A program made the position numbers and the translations under genes. A model generated the notes under the pieces. That model was not told where the DNA came from. It worked only from the letters and a program-made list of their open reading frames with translations, and did not search any database. Positions 53,700 to 64,000 of a stretch of DNA of 64,000 nt are shown one piece after another. Source of the stretch: Octopus vulgaris (Eukaryota); NCBI GenBank assembly GCA_951406725.2, contig OX597822.1:87296001-87360000 (forward strand), given 5' to 3'. Position 1 is the stretch's first letter. Each line of letters starts with the position of its first letter.

Positions 53700-54448
53700 C
53701 TTTGGGTCATCCCATAAATAATGTGACTTTTTCAATTGCATGAACTAAAAGTCAGAGTGGAACGGGATAAACTACCTGCATCAACTTGCTATCAAAGCAG
53801 GTAGTAATTTTACCTTGAGCTTATTCTTAGTGCAAATTTTGAAGAGTGCAGTTCGATTTTAACAGTTATATTTTTCAAAGCTATATTGGAAGTGACAGAT
53901 GAGCATACTCAGCATATTTTACTTTATGGGTTCAACAACACAACAGAAAGCGCAAGGAATATTAATGTAGTATATGGGGATCGGACAATAAGCATAAGCC
54001 AGTGTCAATGGTGGTTCCAGAAATTCTGAGCTGGAAACTATAGTCTAGAAGACAATCCTCATCCGGAAAATCTGTAGAGCTCAATGAGGAGGTCCTACAA
54101 ACCCTGGTGGAACAAAATCCCATCATAACTGTTGAGGAACTAGCAGAAAAGCTTGGATTTGGTCAGTCAACCATTCATTGACACCTGCAAACCATCAGAA
54201 AAGTCAGCAAATTGGGTCATTTGGATGGAAAAACTATGAATTCTGTAGACAAGGTCAGATTAGTACTGAAGGAGTGTTTTTCATCATGGACAGGTGAATT
54301 TTGGAAATGGGGTCCTTGCAAGTCTATCAGATGGATAGAAGAGCATTGTAGAAAATTAAGGAGAGTATATTTTAGATGAAAAAAGAACTTTATCTTAATT
54401 TTGAAAAATAAAAGAAGTACAAACAACCACATTTATGGGATGAGCCAA
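53700..54448 (+). mobile_element. internally deleted mariner
   Basis: TIRs TTGGGTCATCCCATAAAT / revcomp TTGGCTCATCCCATAAAT; HTH remnant QCQWWFQKF..LED; 3' part matches 22430-22660. Confidence 0.85.
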
Positions 54449-54559
54449 TATATAAATGCCATCACCAACCAACCATTCAATCAAGCTGTTCACTTATCTA
54501 AAAACCATTTGTACACCACCAAGCTCCTTCATTGGATGGCATTTCAATATATACAACAT

Positions 54560-54852
54560 CACATGATTGTGTGATCAACCAGATAATCAGATGTTGTTAT
54601 AATTACTGGTCAAAATGCGCTTTGTACAATTTTAACTTTTGAATGATGCCACCCCACTGGCTGGGCAAGCAGGTCAACCTTCCCCCTGATCAGAAAGAAG
54701 TTCCATCATTTGGTTACTCATTTACCGTTGAGTGAATTGGAGCAATACGAAATGAAGATTTTTGCTGAAGAACACCATCCACCAGGAATCAAACCCATAA
54801 TCTTGCGATTGTGAGCTCAGCACCTTGACCACTGGGCCATGTGCCTCTTCAC
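54560..54852 (-). mobile_element. tRNA-derived SINE
   Basis: Head GAGGCACATGGCCCAGTGG..GGTTTGATTCC. Confidence 0.65.
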
Positions 54853-56270
54853 ATGCACAACATAAGACTAGAAAAATGACAGAGATAATGAGAACTGATG
54901 CAGCAATATCTCAACTAAACTTAATTTATATTCTGTGCATCTAATATCAATGTTCCCCTACACCTTTCAGAATAACTTTTCTACAAATAACAATTATGTT
55001 TCATGCATCAAACAAATTTGGCGGGGTGACATATCCAGGGGAGGAAAGGAAGCATTGTGCATTGGCCTTTGTAAAGAACATGTGAGACTGCTATAGCTAT
55101 ATGATGAACAGTCCCTTAACTCTCTTCTGGTCACCTGATCACCATATATAGTATTCACACACCAGTGAACAACTGAAAATGTCTTGAAGCAAGAGGAGGC
55201 ATCTATGTGGTTGCTTGACTGGCTACAAATAGCAGCCAAAAGTCTTTGAAATCCCAGTTTACTACCTTCAAAAGGATATATTGTATAAAGTAGTCCAAGG
55301 TACACAATGCTTAAAAATATTACAATTTGGCCATGGATGGAATGTCATTGAGCCTAGCTCTGCTCAATCATAGCTTTGATTAAATTAAATAAAAACAACC
55401 AAGAAAACATCTTCTCAAACTTCAAAGAATGTCTGGCTAAACCAAATCCCTAAAAGACAGAATTACGATTTACATAATTTGTCAGCACTCCAAGGCCTAA
55501 CATAGTATCATAAAATGTACAACAAACTATCACCAACTTGGCACTTAGAAAATTTTGTTTTTATTCTACATAACAATGAACTAAAATTTTCTAGTTGGGT
55601 ATGAACCATCTCAAACTATAAAGGTATTCATAATTATCAAATGAAAAACTAAATAAGGCTACATTTTTCAGTATATCACTAGAAATACTATTTTCTCTTA
55701 TAAAAAAAATCATCTTGTAAAGAGTGATAACTCCATATTTTAGTCTCCTTACAGTATATTTTGATATTATCTGTCCGTTTCTGGTTCTGTTTGTATTTGT
55801 GTGTGTATGTCTTCTTTGAATACCAAATAGTTCATCACAAAAAACACTTGCCCCAAATTGTCCTACTCTACCTCTACATAGTTAATTGATCTACCAGAAA
55901 TAGCAACCAAATCTTCCTCAAATCACAGTCTGTTAATATAAAAATGGAAAGAATATGTTGGGTAATGTAACTCTAGATACCTTTAAGAAGATATCACAGG
56001 TCTGCTTGTTTAGAATTAAGCTGCACCAAATAAAAACTACTCTGATACAGTTTTTATGAGGAAGATTTGCTATGTTAGATTTAATGAAGCAACTATCTTT
56101 ACCATAGGTAAGGTGGAAGAGAATTGGTTAATGTTGAGTGCACTACAACTATTCCTTATAGAAATAGAAGAGAATGTCAGAGAAGACCAATGTGAAATCT
56201 TCTTGGGAAAAGTATGGACAAGTGCATAAATAAATAAAGTAAATGAAAAAATTAAGAAAATTCATTTTAC

Positions 56271-56597
56271 CTTTTTCCATGATGAACATTCAGGAACCTC
56301 TTCATGATACTTACAGTCAAGGATTGTATTAATATTTTCATGTAGATGACATTGTACAGAAGACTTTGCTCCATATATGCAATGAGTAACTGCATTGCAT
56401 TTCCAATTCCAGGAACACAATTCCATACATTGCATTCTTGTTGGTGTGTATTTTATCTCACTTGCATTCACTATCTTACTATTAAGGCCACAAGTATTTA
56501 TTGCTTTGAAAGATACTTGTCGTTCTTGCTGAGGGAACACTCCTTTAATGGTAAAGTGGCAAGTGCAAAGGAAAATACTCAACAAAATAAGCTTCAT
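56271..56597 (-). CDS. first coding exon: signal peptide + PAN/apple-like domain
   Basis: MKLILLSIFLCTCHFTIKG hydrophobic N-terminus; C...C.....C.A....C.L pattern (QCMELCSWNWKCNAV..CHL); donor gtaaaa, phase 0. Confidence 0.85.
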
Positions 56598-58095
56598 TTT
56601 CTTTAAGATTAATGTAGATTTTCAAATGTTAATTTTCGAAAGTCCTGAATAACAAAAATAAAATACAAGGGAAGGTGGACATGTAGAAATTCGAAATTTA
56701 AACTATTTTAACCAAATAATTAAAGCAAGCCAAAGACTTGATAAAGTGACACAGTTGAGTAAAAATCAAAAATCAAATTAAACTTAACTAAATAATTTTC
56801 ATTGTCAGTAATAATTACCATTACAAAAAAAAAAGGGGAAAGATTTTTTTTTTTATGAATTGTTCATATATTGGGAAAATTAGCTGAATGTATGAATGTA
56901 TGCAAGGAGAATCAAGAGAAAAGTTGCTTCCTACAAGATATTATCATAATTGATAGTATTAATTATACTATTGAGTTTCTCACATGAATGGAATTAATTC
57001 ATAATTTAATAATGTATAATTATTAGCAATGCTTTTTGTCAGAGTTTGTGCAGACAGAAAACTTTAGTACAGTAATATGTGTAACTTTTATTCCAGTATT
57101 GGACTAAAATTATTTTTCTCTGAGTTTCGTTTCTGACTTCATTGCCTTAGTGAACTCATGTATTTAAGGAATGCTCATTGATTGCAAACAGTCTGTTGTG
57201 CTTGACACAGGTAGGTATTAGTAGTGAGTCTGTAAGTTACTTGTTTAAATATTTCAAATTTGTATGTGTCATTTATGTGCATTGAGGTTCATCCAAACTG
57301 GAAGAAATGGGTTAGTCATAGAGATTGACTTGTTAAATTTTATACACCACAGATACTATTGAGAGGGTTGTTGGATTGTAGGAAAGTGCAGTCTTAGAAG
57401 TATTCTTGTGCCTATTCCTGATCAAAGTGCTTTGACATTGTTGTCAGTCATCATTGAACAAACATCCACATTATCATAACTGGTGGCTGTATACCACATG
57501 CATTATGCATTAATGAAATTTTCTTTCTAATCAGGGCTAATTTACCGATCATTAACAATTTTAAGGAACGAAATGTATCATGTCTTCATAAAATTGGGTA
57601 TACTTGCTCCAGGTATAAATAGTACTTATTATTAACTACCCTTTAAACTAAATACAACTAGTTATAATGAGCATTTTTACTTTAATATATATAGTAGTAG
57701 TTGAATTGTAATGGGTTGTGAATATATGGCTCTTTGTATATATATTTGTGTGTAATGTGTGTATATGTGTGTATGTGTTTGTATATATAGGTGTATATAT
57801 GTGTGTACATATGTGTATATATCTATATGTACTTGTATATGTTTATGTGTATATCCATATGTATATGTATACTGGTATACATTTGCATTTGTTAAGTAGG
57901 AAGTTATGTAATAAGCATGTGTGCATGTACATGTCCGCATGAATATACTAGGTTATGGATTAATATATATATATATATGTATATATGTGTATATATATGT
58001 ATATGTATATATAACTTTTCAATTATTGTTTTATGTTATTATGTATATTAGATCTTATAGGTAGGTCAATGTGTATGTATGTATATGCATATATA

Positions 58096-58152
<57 letters not shown>

Positions 58153-58257
58153 ATGTATATATATATATATACATGTAGTCTAGCTTATACTTATGTAGAT
58201 ATATGTGTTTTTATATACTTAAATTAGAATATATAATTACCTGTGTTTATCTGTACA

Positions 58258-58647
58258 CTAGCAGTATCGCCCGGCGTTGCTTGGGTTTGTTTCGACCTGC
58301 TGGAATTGGAATTTTTGAAAAGTAAAAATTTTGCATTATGTAGCTTGTTATTGTGTTCTAGTGAACATTTTTCTGGTTGAAATACACCGAAAAGTGGCGA
58401 CGCAGCAGTGAAAAAATGGTAAAAATAAGGATTTTCATAGAAAAAAGCAGCTTTTTGATGTAAATAATTTTTGGTGTTAACATGATCCAATTTGAATTTT
58501 ATCTTCTACGGAAGGAAGAGCAACCCTTCTTCTATCATACTCTCAATTTTGGTCAACTTGCGCCGCAGGGTCTCGGAGGAGATAGTGTTAGTTGAAGGCT
58601 ACCAAACCTGTCACACACAGACAACTTCAGCTTTATATAGAGAGAGA
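58258..58647 (-). mobile_element. non-autonomous Helitron
   Basis: 5' TCTCTCTATATAAAGCTG, 3' CCCAAGCAACGCCGGGCGATACTGCTAG, inserted between A and T. Confidence 0.75.
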
Positions 58648-59209
58648 TAACATACACACACACATGTATGTATGGATGGATGTATGTATATATGTACATC
58701 TGTCCACGTCTTGCCATATTTTTATCCTTCACTTCCTACACACACACACAGACACACACACACACACACGCACGCATGCACACATACACACACACGCCTT
58801 CTTAGCTTACAATTTCTTTCTTTCAACAATTGACAACTGAAGTATGCTCGCCAATTAATACTACCAAAATTTAGCGACAGAAAGTAAATTAAAAACCATA
58901 TGTGTGTTTGCAAATGTGTTTCAATGAGAAAGTGAATTGTGTTTGGCGCCTTTTTTACTAATAACAAATACACACAAGTGTGTGTGTGTGTTTGAGTGTT
59001 TGTATGTAGTTGTTTGAAACGTTTGTGTTTGTCACTGTCATATATGTATATGTTTGCATGTGTATGTGTGTGTGTGAGGAATGGCAAACCAGATAGAGCG
59101 CGAAGTTCTTTTGAAGTTCGCGCTCCGTTTGTGTGTGTGTGTGTGCGTGCTTTAGGTGTACATAGGTATGTGTTTTTGTGTGTGTGTCACTGAAGCCATA
59201 CATACATAT

Positions 59210-60176
59210 ATTGGTTAACAAATTTGAATTACTATGCTTTAGTTACCGTTAGTTAATCGAAGATCTAATGATTAAGTAAATAAACCGGGATCTTTTCCTT
59301 TTGAACGGCACTTTGTAACATAATTTCTAGGTAACTAAAAAGTTTTAAACTTCGTATACTGGTAGAATGTGTTTATAAAACATCATTTTCTCTTGGCTTT
59401 ATTGAGAAAATTCTATAGTTTGTAAGATATTTCGTCTCAAATTTCTTGCATTTCGTCAATTTTAACCAATCAATTACCTCCATTGACGTAAATAACATTC
59501 TGCGTATAATGAATATGTCCCTCCTTTAAGAAACAGATTGGGTTTATTTACATTTGTGAAGAAAAAAGATACACTTCCCCCATCCCTAACCCTAACCAAC
59601 CCTAAATCTAAAATAGATTGAAATGCAATAGATCGATACTAGGGTTATAATTATGGGTGACAATTTCGTACTACACCGCTACGGAAAATGGAATTTTTTT
59701 CTAGCGGTGTCAAATAAAAATGTCACCCATAATTATGGCCCTAGTATCGATCTATTGCATTTCAATCTATTTTAGATTTAGGGTTAGAGTTAGGGTTAGG
59801 GGTTGGGGAAGGGTATCTTTTTTTCTTCACAAATGTAAATAAACCCAATCTGTTTTTTAAAGGAGGGACATATTCATTATGCACAGAATGTTATTTACAT
59901 CAATGGAGGTAATTGATTGGTTAAAATTGACGAAATGCAAGAAATTTGAGACAAAATATGTTACAACCTATAGAATTTTCTCAATAAAGCCAAGAGAAAA
60001 TGATGTTTTATAAACACATTCTACCAGTATACGAAGTTTAAAACTTTTTAGTTACCTAGAAATTATGTTACAAAGTGCCGTTCAAAAGGAAAAGATCCCA
60101 GTTTATTTATTTAATCATTAGATCTTCGATTAACTAACGGTAACTAAAGCGTAGTAATTCAAATTTGTTAACCAAT
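59210..60176. repeat. 967-bp near-perfect palindrome with internal (CCCTAA)/(TTAGGG) repeats
   Basis: Arms 59210-59681 and 59702-60176 are reverse complements with scattered mismatches; spacer of 20 nt or less. Confidence 0.95.
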
Positions 60177-60570
60177 TAGATATAGCTTATGATTTAAAAT
60201 AATCGCTCCCTAACCCCCAATAATTTTGAAACTCTAAAATATTAATATAACATTTAACATGGCTACTATAGCTTATCTATCATACCTTAACAAATATTTT
60301 ATTATTTTATTATTTCAAATTCTCTGTAGAAATATTCTATGAAACAATATTAGTTCGTTGGATAAAAATATAAATACAAGTATAATTTAACTTTGACGAA
60401 AAGGAAAAAAAAATCTTCATATTGATATTGGTTTATATTTGTGCGTATGTAAATACATTTACATGTTGCTTCTATTTGTTACCCATACGCATGAACTTGT
60501 ACGTATTAAGAAGAACTATATACTAAAAGCCATGGTCTAACTGTATGTTTTTGATGTATTAATATATACT

Positions 60571-60656
<86 letters not shown>

Positions 60657-60679
60657 ATGTTACATTACTCGGTAGTCAA

Positions 60680-60740
60680 GATAAAACTCTGAGTTTCAGA
60701 TGCCAAAGTGGAAATCCACAACACCATCTCTTCGGTTATC
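60680..60740 (-). ncRNA. hammerhead ribozyme motif in PLE 3' terminus
   Basis: GAUAA-CCGAAGA-GAUG..CAUC-U-GAAA-CUCAGAGUU-UUAUC; U4 is C in this copy. Confidence 0.6.
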
Positions 60741-60935
60741 TGGCTATTTGAAAACGTTATGAAAAAATACCGTTAAAAAAGAAGGGAAATTACTCTGTTA
60801 TAACTCTGCTTTGCCTGCGTACTTATACATCGCTCACATTTTTCGTCATAAAAATTATATAAAAATACATAAAAATATATAAAAATATATAAAAATATAT
60901 AAAATCTTCTTGGGACATAACACAGAAGGCATGTT

Positions 60936-61932
60936 CTATCCGTTTTCTTTAGGGGACCAAAAACGTAACAGAAATTTAGTCACATGTGGGCATGATCTGA
61001 AAAGCTCTGTCCTTGTATTTAGACATGTGGTAGGGTCTAAGCTGCTTTTCCAGATAAGCCATCTCTCCATGTCGCATAAACCACACCTTCCGCTGCCGTT
61101 AGTATAGGGCTTACATCTGGCCAAAATCTTCCCTTGTATGTTATAATCGACACCTTTATCTCTTAAAGACCAAATATGATTGGATAATTGTGTCGCTTTT
61201 CTTTTGTTCCAGTGCCTAAAGCTCAAAGTGTGGTTATTGAACCTGGCCTTGAAATTACCCTCTGTCAGGCCCACGTATTTCTTCGTCGAAACGGTGTCTT
61301 TAGTGGTTATAGAGTTTACAGTAGCTTCATATATGATGGTCTTGGACATGCAAGTTCCATTTAGCGGGCACAATTCTTTATTCCTGCATGAACAGCTGTT
61401 TTCTTCTTGTGTTTTTTGTATGTTATGATTGATTATGTTTTTAAAATTGGTAGTTGAACTAAAACTAATTTTTAAATTGTGTCTATTGAAGAGTTTCCTA
61501 TAAGCATGGTTAACTGGAAAATGTCTATCTATCAGTGCTAGGAAATATTTACCTATATTGAAGGCCACCTCGGGTGAGTAAGGGGGTGTAAACCAGATGA
61601 CCTTCCTATTTCTATTATTCCTTTTCCTTACTGTTGGGCTGGTGATAGGTGTATATTTTATTTTTTCGCTAAAACCACCATCTTTTAAAGCTTTATTATA
61701 AACTGGGGCAACACTATTGAAGATGTCCTCATTAGATGAGAGGCTAGAAATCCTCTTACTAATATTTTTAACTAAATTTTTGAATACTATAGGGGGATGG
61801 CATGAACCTACATTAATATAACTTAGTCTATCATTGGGCTTCCTATAAGGCTTATAAATATTACTATTAAGATCTAAGGAAACGTCTAAGAAATTGACAA
61901 CCGTCAGGTTAGTGTCTATAGTTATACTAAGT
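60936..61932 (-). pseudogene. inverted duplicate of PLE thumb/GIY-YIG region
   Basis: Near-identical to 62933-63929, with a few substitutions and a 1-nt indel near 61678. Confidence 0.88.
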
Positions 61933-62105
61933 TATACAGAATCAGACACCAAGGAAAACATTTTCTATCGGATAAAATCCAAAAAATTCCCTCCTAGGAT
62001 TAAAGGCTTGGAAGATTTCGAAGCGGACCTGCTGAAGATCATGAGCAAAATAAAATTTCGTAAGTCTTTTAACGATTTCCAACATAAATTGAAAAAAGAT
62101 ATTAA

Positions 62106-63929
62106 TCATATAAAAAGCTCCAAGAAAAAAGCACTTTTTCGGATAAAACCAAGAACTTATACCTGGTAGATAACAGCAAATACACACAACTCTTACACAA
62201 CAGCATCATTAATAATTATACTAAGGCTAGGGCACAGACATATAACGAAATTAATAAAGAAGCTAGCGTCATCGCCGCTAAACTTAAATTAGATAAAAAA
62301 ATAGAAACCCTCCCCCAAAAAGAGGCCTTTATTACTATTAAAGATCACAAAGAAAACTTCCTTTCCAACCCTAAATGTAGGCTTATCAACCCAGCCAAGT
62401 CAGAACTAGGGATTATTAGCAAAGAAATTTTAGATAAAATAAATACGAAAATTAAGACCGATACTAGGCTAGTGCAATGGTCCAATAGTATAGAAGTCGT
62501 AGACTGGTTTAAAGCTATTAAGAATAAGAAAAAAGCGAGGTTTACACAATTCGATATTGTTGATTTTTATGCCTCTATCTCTAAAGAACTGCTAGATAAA
62601 GCCCTAATCTTCGCTAGTGACTTCATAGAAATTAGTACCAATGATAAGGATATAATCTTCCATGCTAGAAAGACATTACTTTTCAGTGAGAATGCAAAGT
62701 GGGTAAAAAACACCGACACGGAGGGCGCTTTCGATGTGAGCATGGGTTCATATGATGGGGCAGGCATCTGTGATCTAATTGGACTCTTTCTCCTAGATAC
62801 CTTCGGTAAGACATTCCCTAACGTACATTTCGCCATCTACAAAGATGATGCCCTCGCCTTAACAGCTAATACAAATGGACCAGCACAAGATCGTTTTAGG
62901 AAGGATATTATCCAGTTAATGAAACACTTCGGACTTAGTATAACTATAGACACTAACCTGACGGTTGTCAATTTCTTAGACGTTTCCTTAGATCTTAATA
63001 GTAATATTTATAAGCCTTATAGGAAGCCCAATGATAGACTAAGTTATATTAATGTAGGTTCATGCCATCCCCCTATAGTATTCAAAAATTTAGTTAAAAA
63101 TATTAGTAAGAGGATTTCTAGCCTCTCATCTAATGAGGACATCTTCAATAGCGTTGCCCCAGTTTATAATAAAGCTTTAAAAGATAGTGGTTTTAGCGAA
63201 AAAATAAAATATACACCTATCACCAGCCCAACAGTAAGGAAAAGGAATAATAGAAATAGGAAGGTCATCTGGTTTACGCCCCCTTACTCACCCGAGGTGG
63301 CCTTCAATATAGGTAAATATTTCCTAGCACTGATAGATAGACATTTTCCAGTTAACCATGCTTATAGGAAACTCTTCAATAGACACAATTTAAAAATTAG
63401 TTTTAGTTCAACTACCAATTTTAAAAACATAATCAATCATAACATACAAAAAACACAAGAAGAAAACAGCTGTTCATGCAGGAATAAAGAATTGTGCCCG
63501 CTAAATGGAGCTTGCATGTCCAAGACCATCATATATGAAGCTACCGTAAACTCTATAACCACTAAAGACACCGTTTCGACGAAGAAATACGTGGGCCTGA
63601 CAGAGGGTAATTTCAAGGCCAGGTTCAATAACCACACTTTGAGCTTTAGGCACTGGAACAAAAGAAAAGCGACACAATTATCCAATCATATTTGGTCTTT
63701 AAGAGATAAAGGTGTCGATTATAACATACAATGGAAGATTTTGGCCAGATGTAAGCCCTATACTAACGGCAGCAGAAGGTGTGGTTTATGCGACATGGAG
63801 AGATGGCTTATCTGGAAAAGCAGCTTAGACCCTACCACATGTCTAAATACAAGGACAGAGCTTTTCGGATCATGCCCACATGTGACTAAATTTCTGTTAC
63901 GTTTTTGGTCCCCTAAAGAAAACGGATAG
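62106..63929 (+). CDS. PLE reverse transcriptase + GIY-YIG endonuclease (5' truncated, frameshift near 62110-62165)
   Basis: SDKTKNLY, IKDHKENF..RLINPAKSELG, FDIVDFY, MGSYDG, YKDD, NFLDV, CSC..CPL..C linker, IIYEA..KYVGLT..R..H, CGLC..E. Confidence 0.9.
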   Translation, partial: SYKKLQEKSTFSDKTKNLYLVDNSKYTQLLHNSIINNYTKARAQTYNEINKEASVIAAKLKLDKKIETLPQKEAFITIKDHKENFLSNPKCRLINPAKSELGIISKEILDKINTKIKTDTRLVQWSNSIEVVDWFKAIKNKKKARFTQFDIVDFYASISKELLDKALIFASDFIEISTNDKDIIFHARKTLLFSENAKWVKNTDTEGAFDVSMGSYDGAGICDLIGLFLLDTFGKTFPNVHFAIYKDDALALTANTNGPAQDRFRKDIIQLMKHFGLSITIDTNLTVVNFLDVSLDLNSNIYKPYRKPNDRLSYINVGSCHPPIVFKNLVKNISKRISSLSSNEDIFNSVAPVYNKALKDSGFSEKIKYTPITSPTVRKRNNRNRKVIWFTPPYSPEVAFNIGKYFLALIDRHFPVNHAYRKLFNRHNLKISFSSTTNFKNIINHNIQKTQEENSCSCRNKELCPLNGACMSKTIIYEATVNSITTKDTVSTKKYVGLTEGNFKARFNNHTLSFRHWNKRKATQLSNHIWSLRDKGVDYNIQWKILARCKPYTNGSRRCGLCDMERWLIWKSSLDPTTCLNTRTELFGSCPHVTKFLLRFWSPKENG

Positions 63930-64000
63930 AACATGCCTTCTGTGTTATGTCCCAAGAAGATTTTATATATTTTTATATATTTTTATATATTTTTATGTAT

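Larger units (their letters stand above)
43405..56644 (-). other. gene for uncharacterised secreted protein (signal peptide, PAN/apple-like, EGF, unassigned domain), about 374 aa
   Basis: Five coding exons join in phase (327+100+271+416+11 nt). An acceptor at 56645-56646 implies an upstream non-coding exon. AATAAA on the - strand near 43014-43019. Confidence 0.8.
60651..64000 (+). mobile_element. Penelope-like retroelement (Naiad-type) with inverted 3' copy; runs off the window
   Basis: 60651-61932 is the reverse complement of 62933 to beyond 64000; left terminus abuts (TA)n at 60573-60652. Confidence 0.92.

Noticed and set aside
59575-59810. Telomere or telomere-fusion site
   Set aside because: Only 3-4 degenerate units, embedded within the palindrome arms and oriented CCCTAA..TTAGGG, opposite to an end-to-end fusion.
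62106-64000. Selenoprotein-type Naiad (in-frame UGA plus SECIS)
   Set aside because: No in-frame TGA in the visible ORF; Cys positions are normal codons and the stop is TAG.

Overview
AT-rich, microsatellite- and transposon-dense animal genomic DNA. The SINE/LINE families suggest an octopus-like cephalopod, which is an inference. Two spliced genes can be reconstructed by hand with phase-consistent GT-AG junctions. (1) On the + strand, the last 15 coding exons (25..27569, about 922 aa) of a divergent PKD1-like polycystin: channel domain plus a very long C-tail. (2) On the - strand, a 5-coding-exon gene (56597..43405, about 374 aa) for a secreted protein: signal peptide, PAN/apple-like domain, EGF domain and an unassigned C-terminal domain. 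The rest is repeats: R4/Dong-, RTE- and CR1-type LINE fragments, tRNA-derived SINEs, mariner, hAT, pogo-like and Chapaev3-like DNA transposon remnants, and non-autonomous Helitrons. The right end holds a young Penelope-like element (PLE, Naiad-type) with a 1.28-kb inverted 3' copy. The most notable non-coding signals are minimal hammerhead ribozyme motifs in PLE termini, including a 218-bp fold-back with one hammerhead per strand, and a 967-bp near-perfect palindrome containing telomere-like repeats. Most ORFs in the supplied track are spurious (microsatellite or antisense-TE frames).
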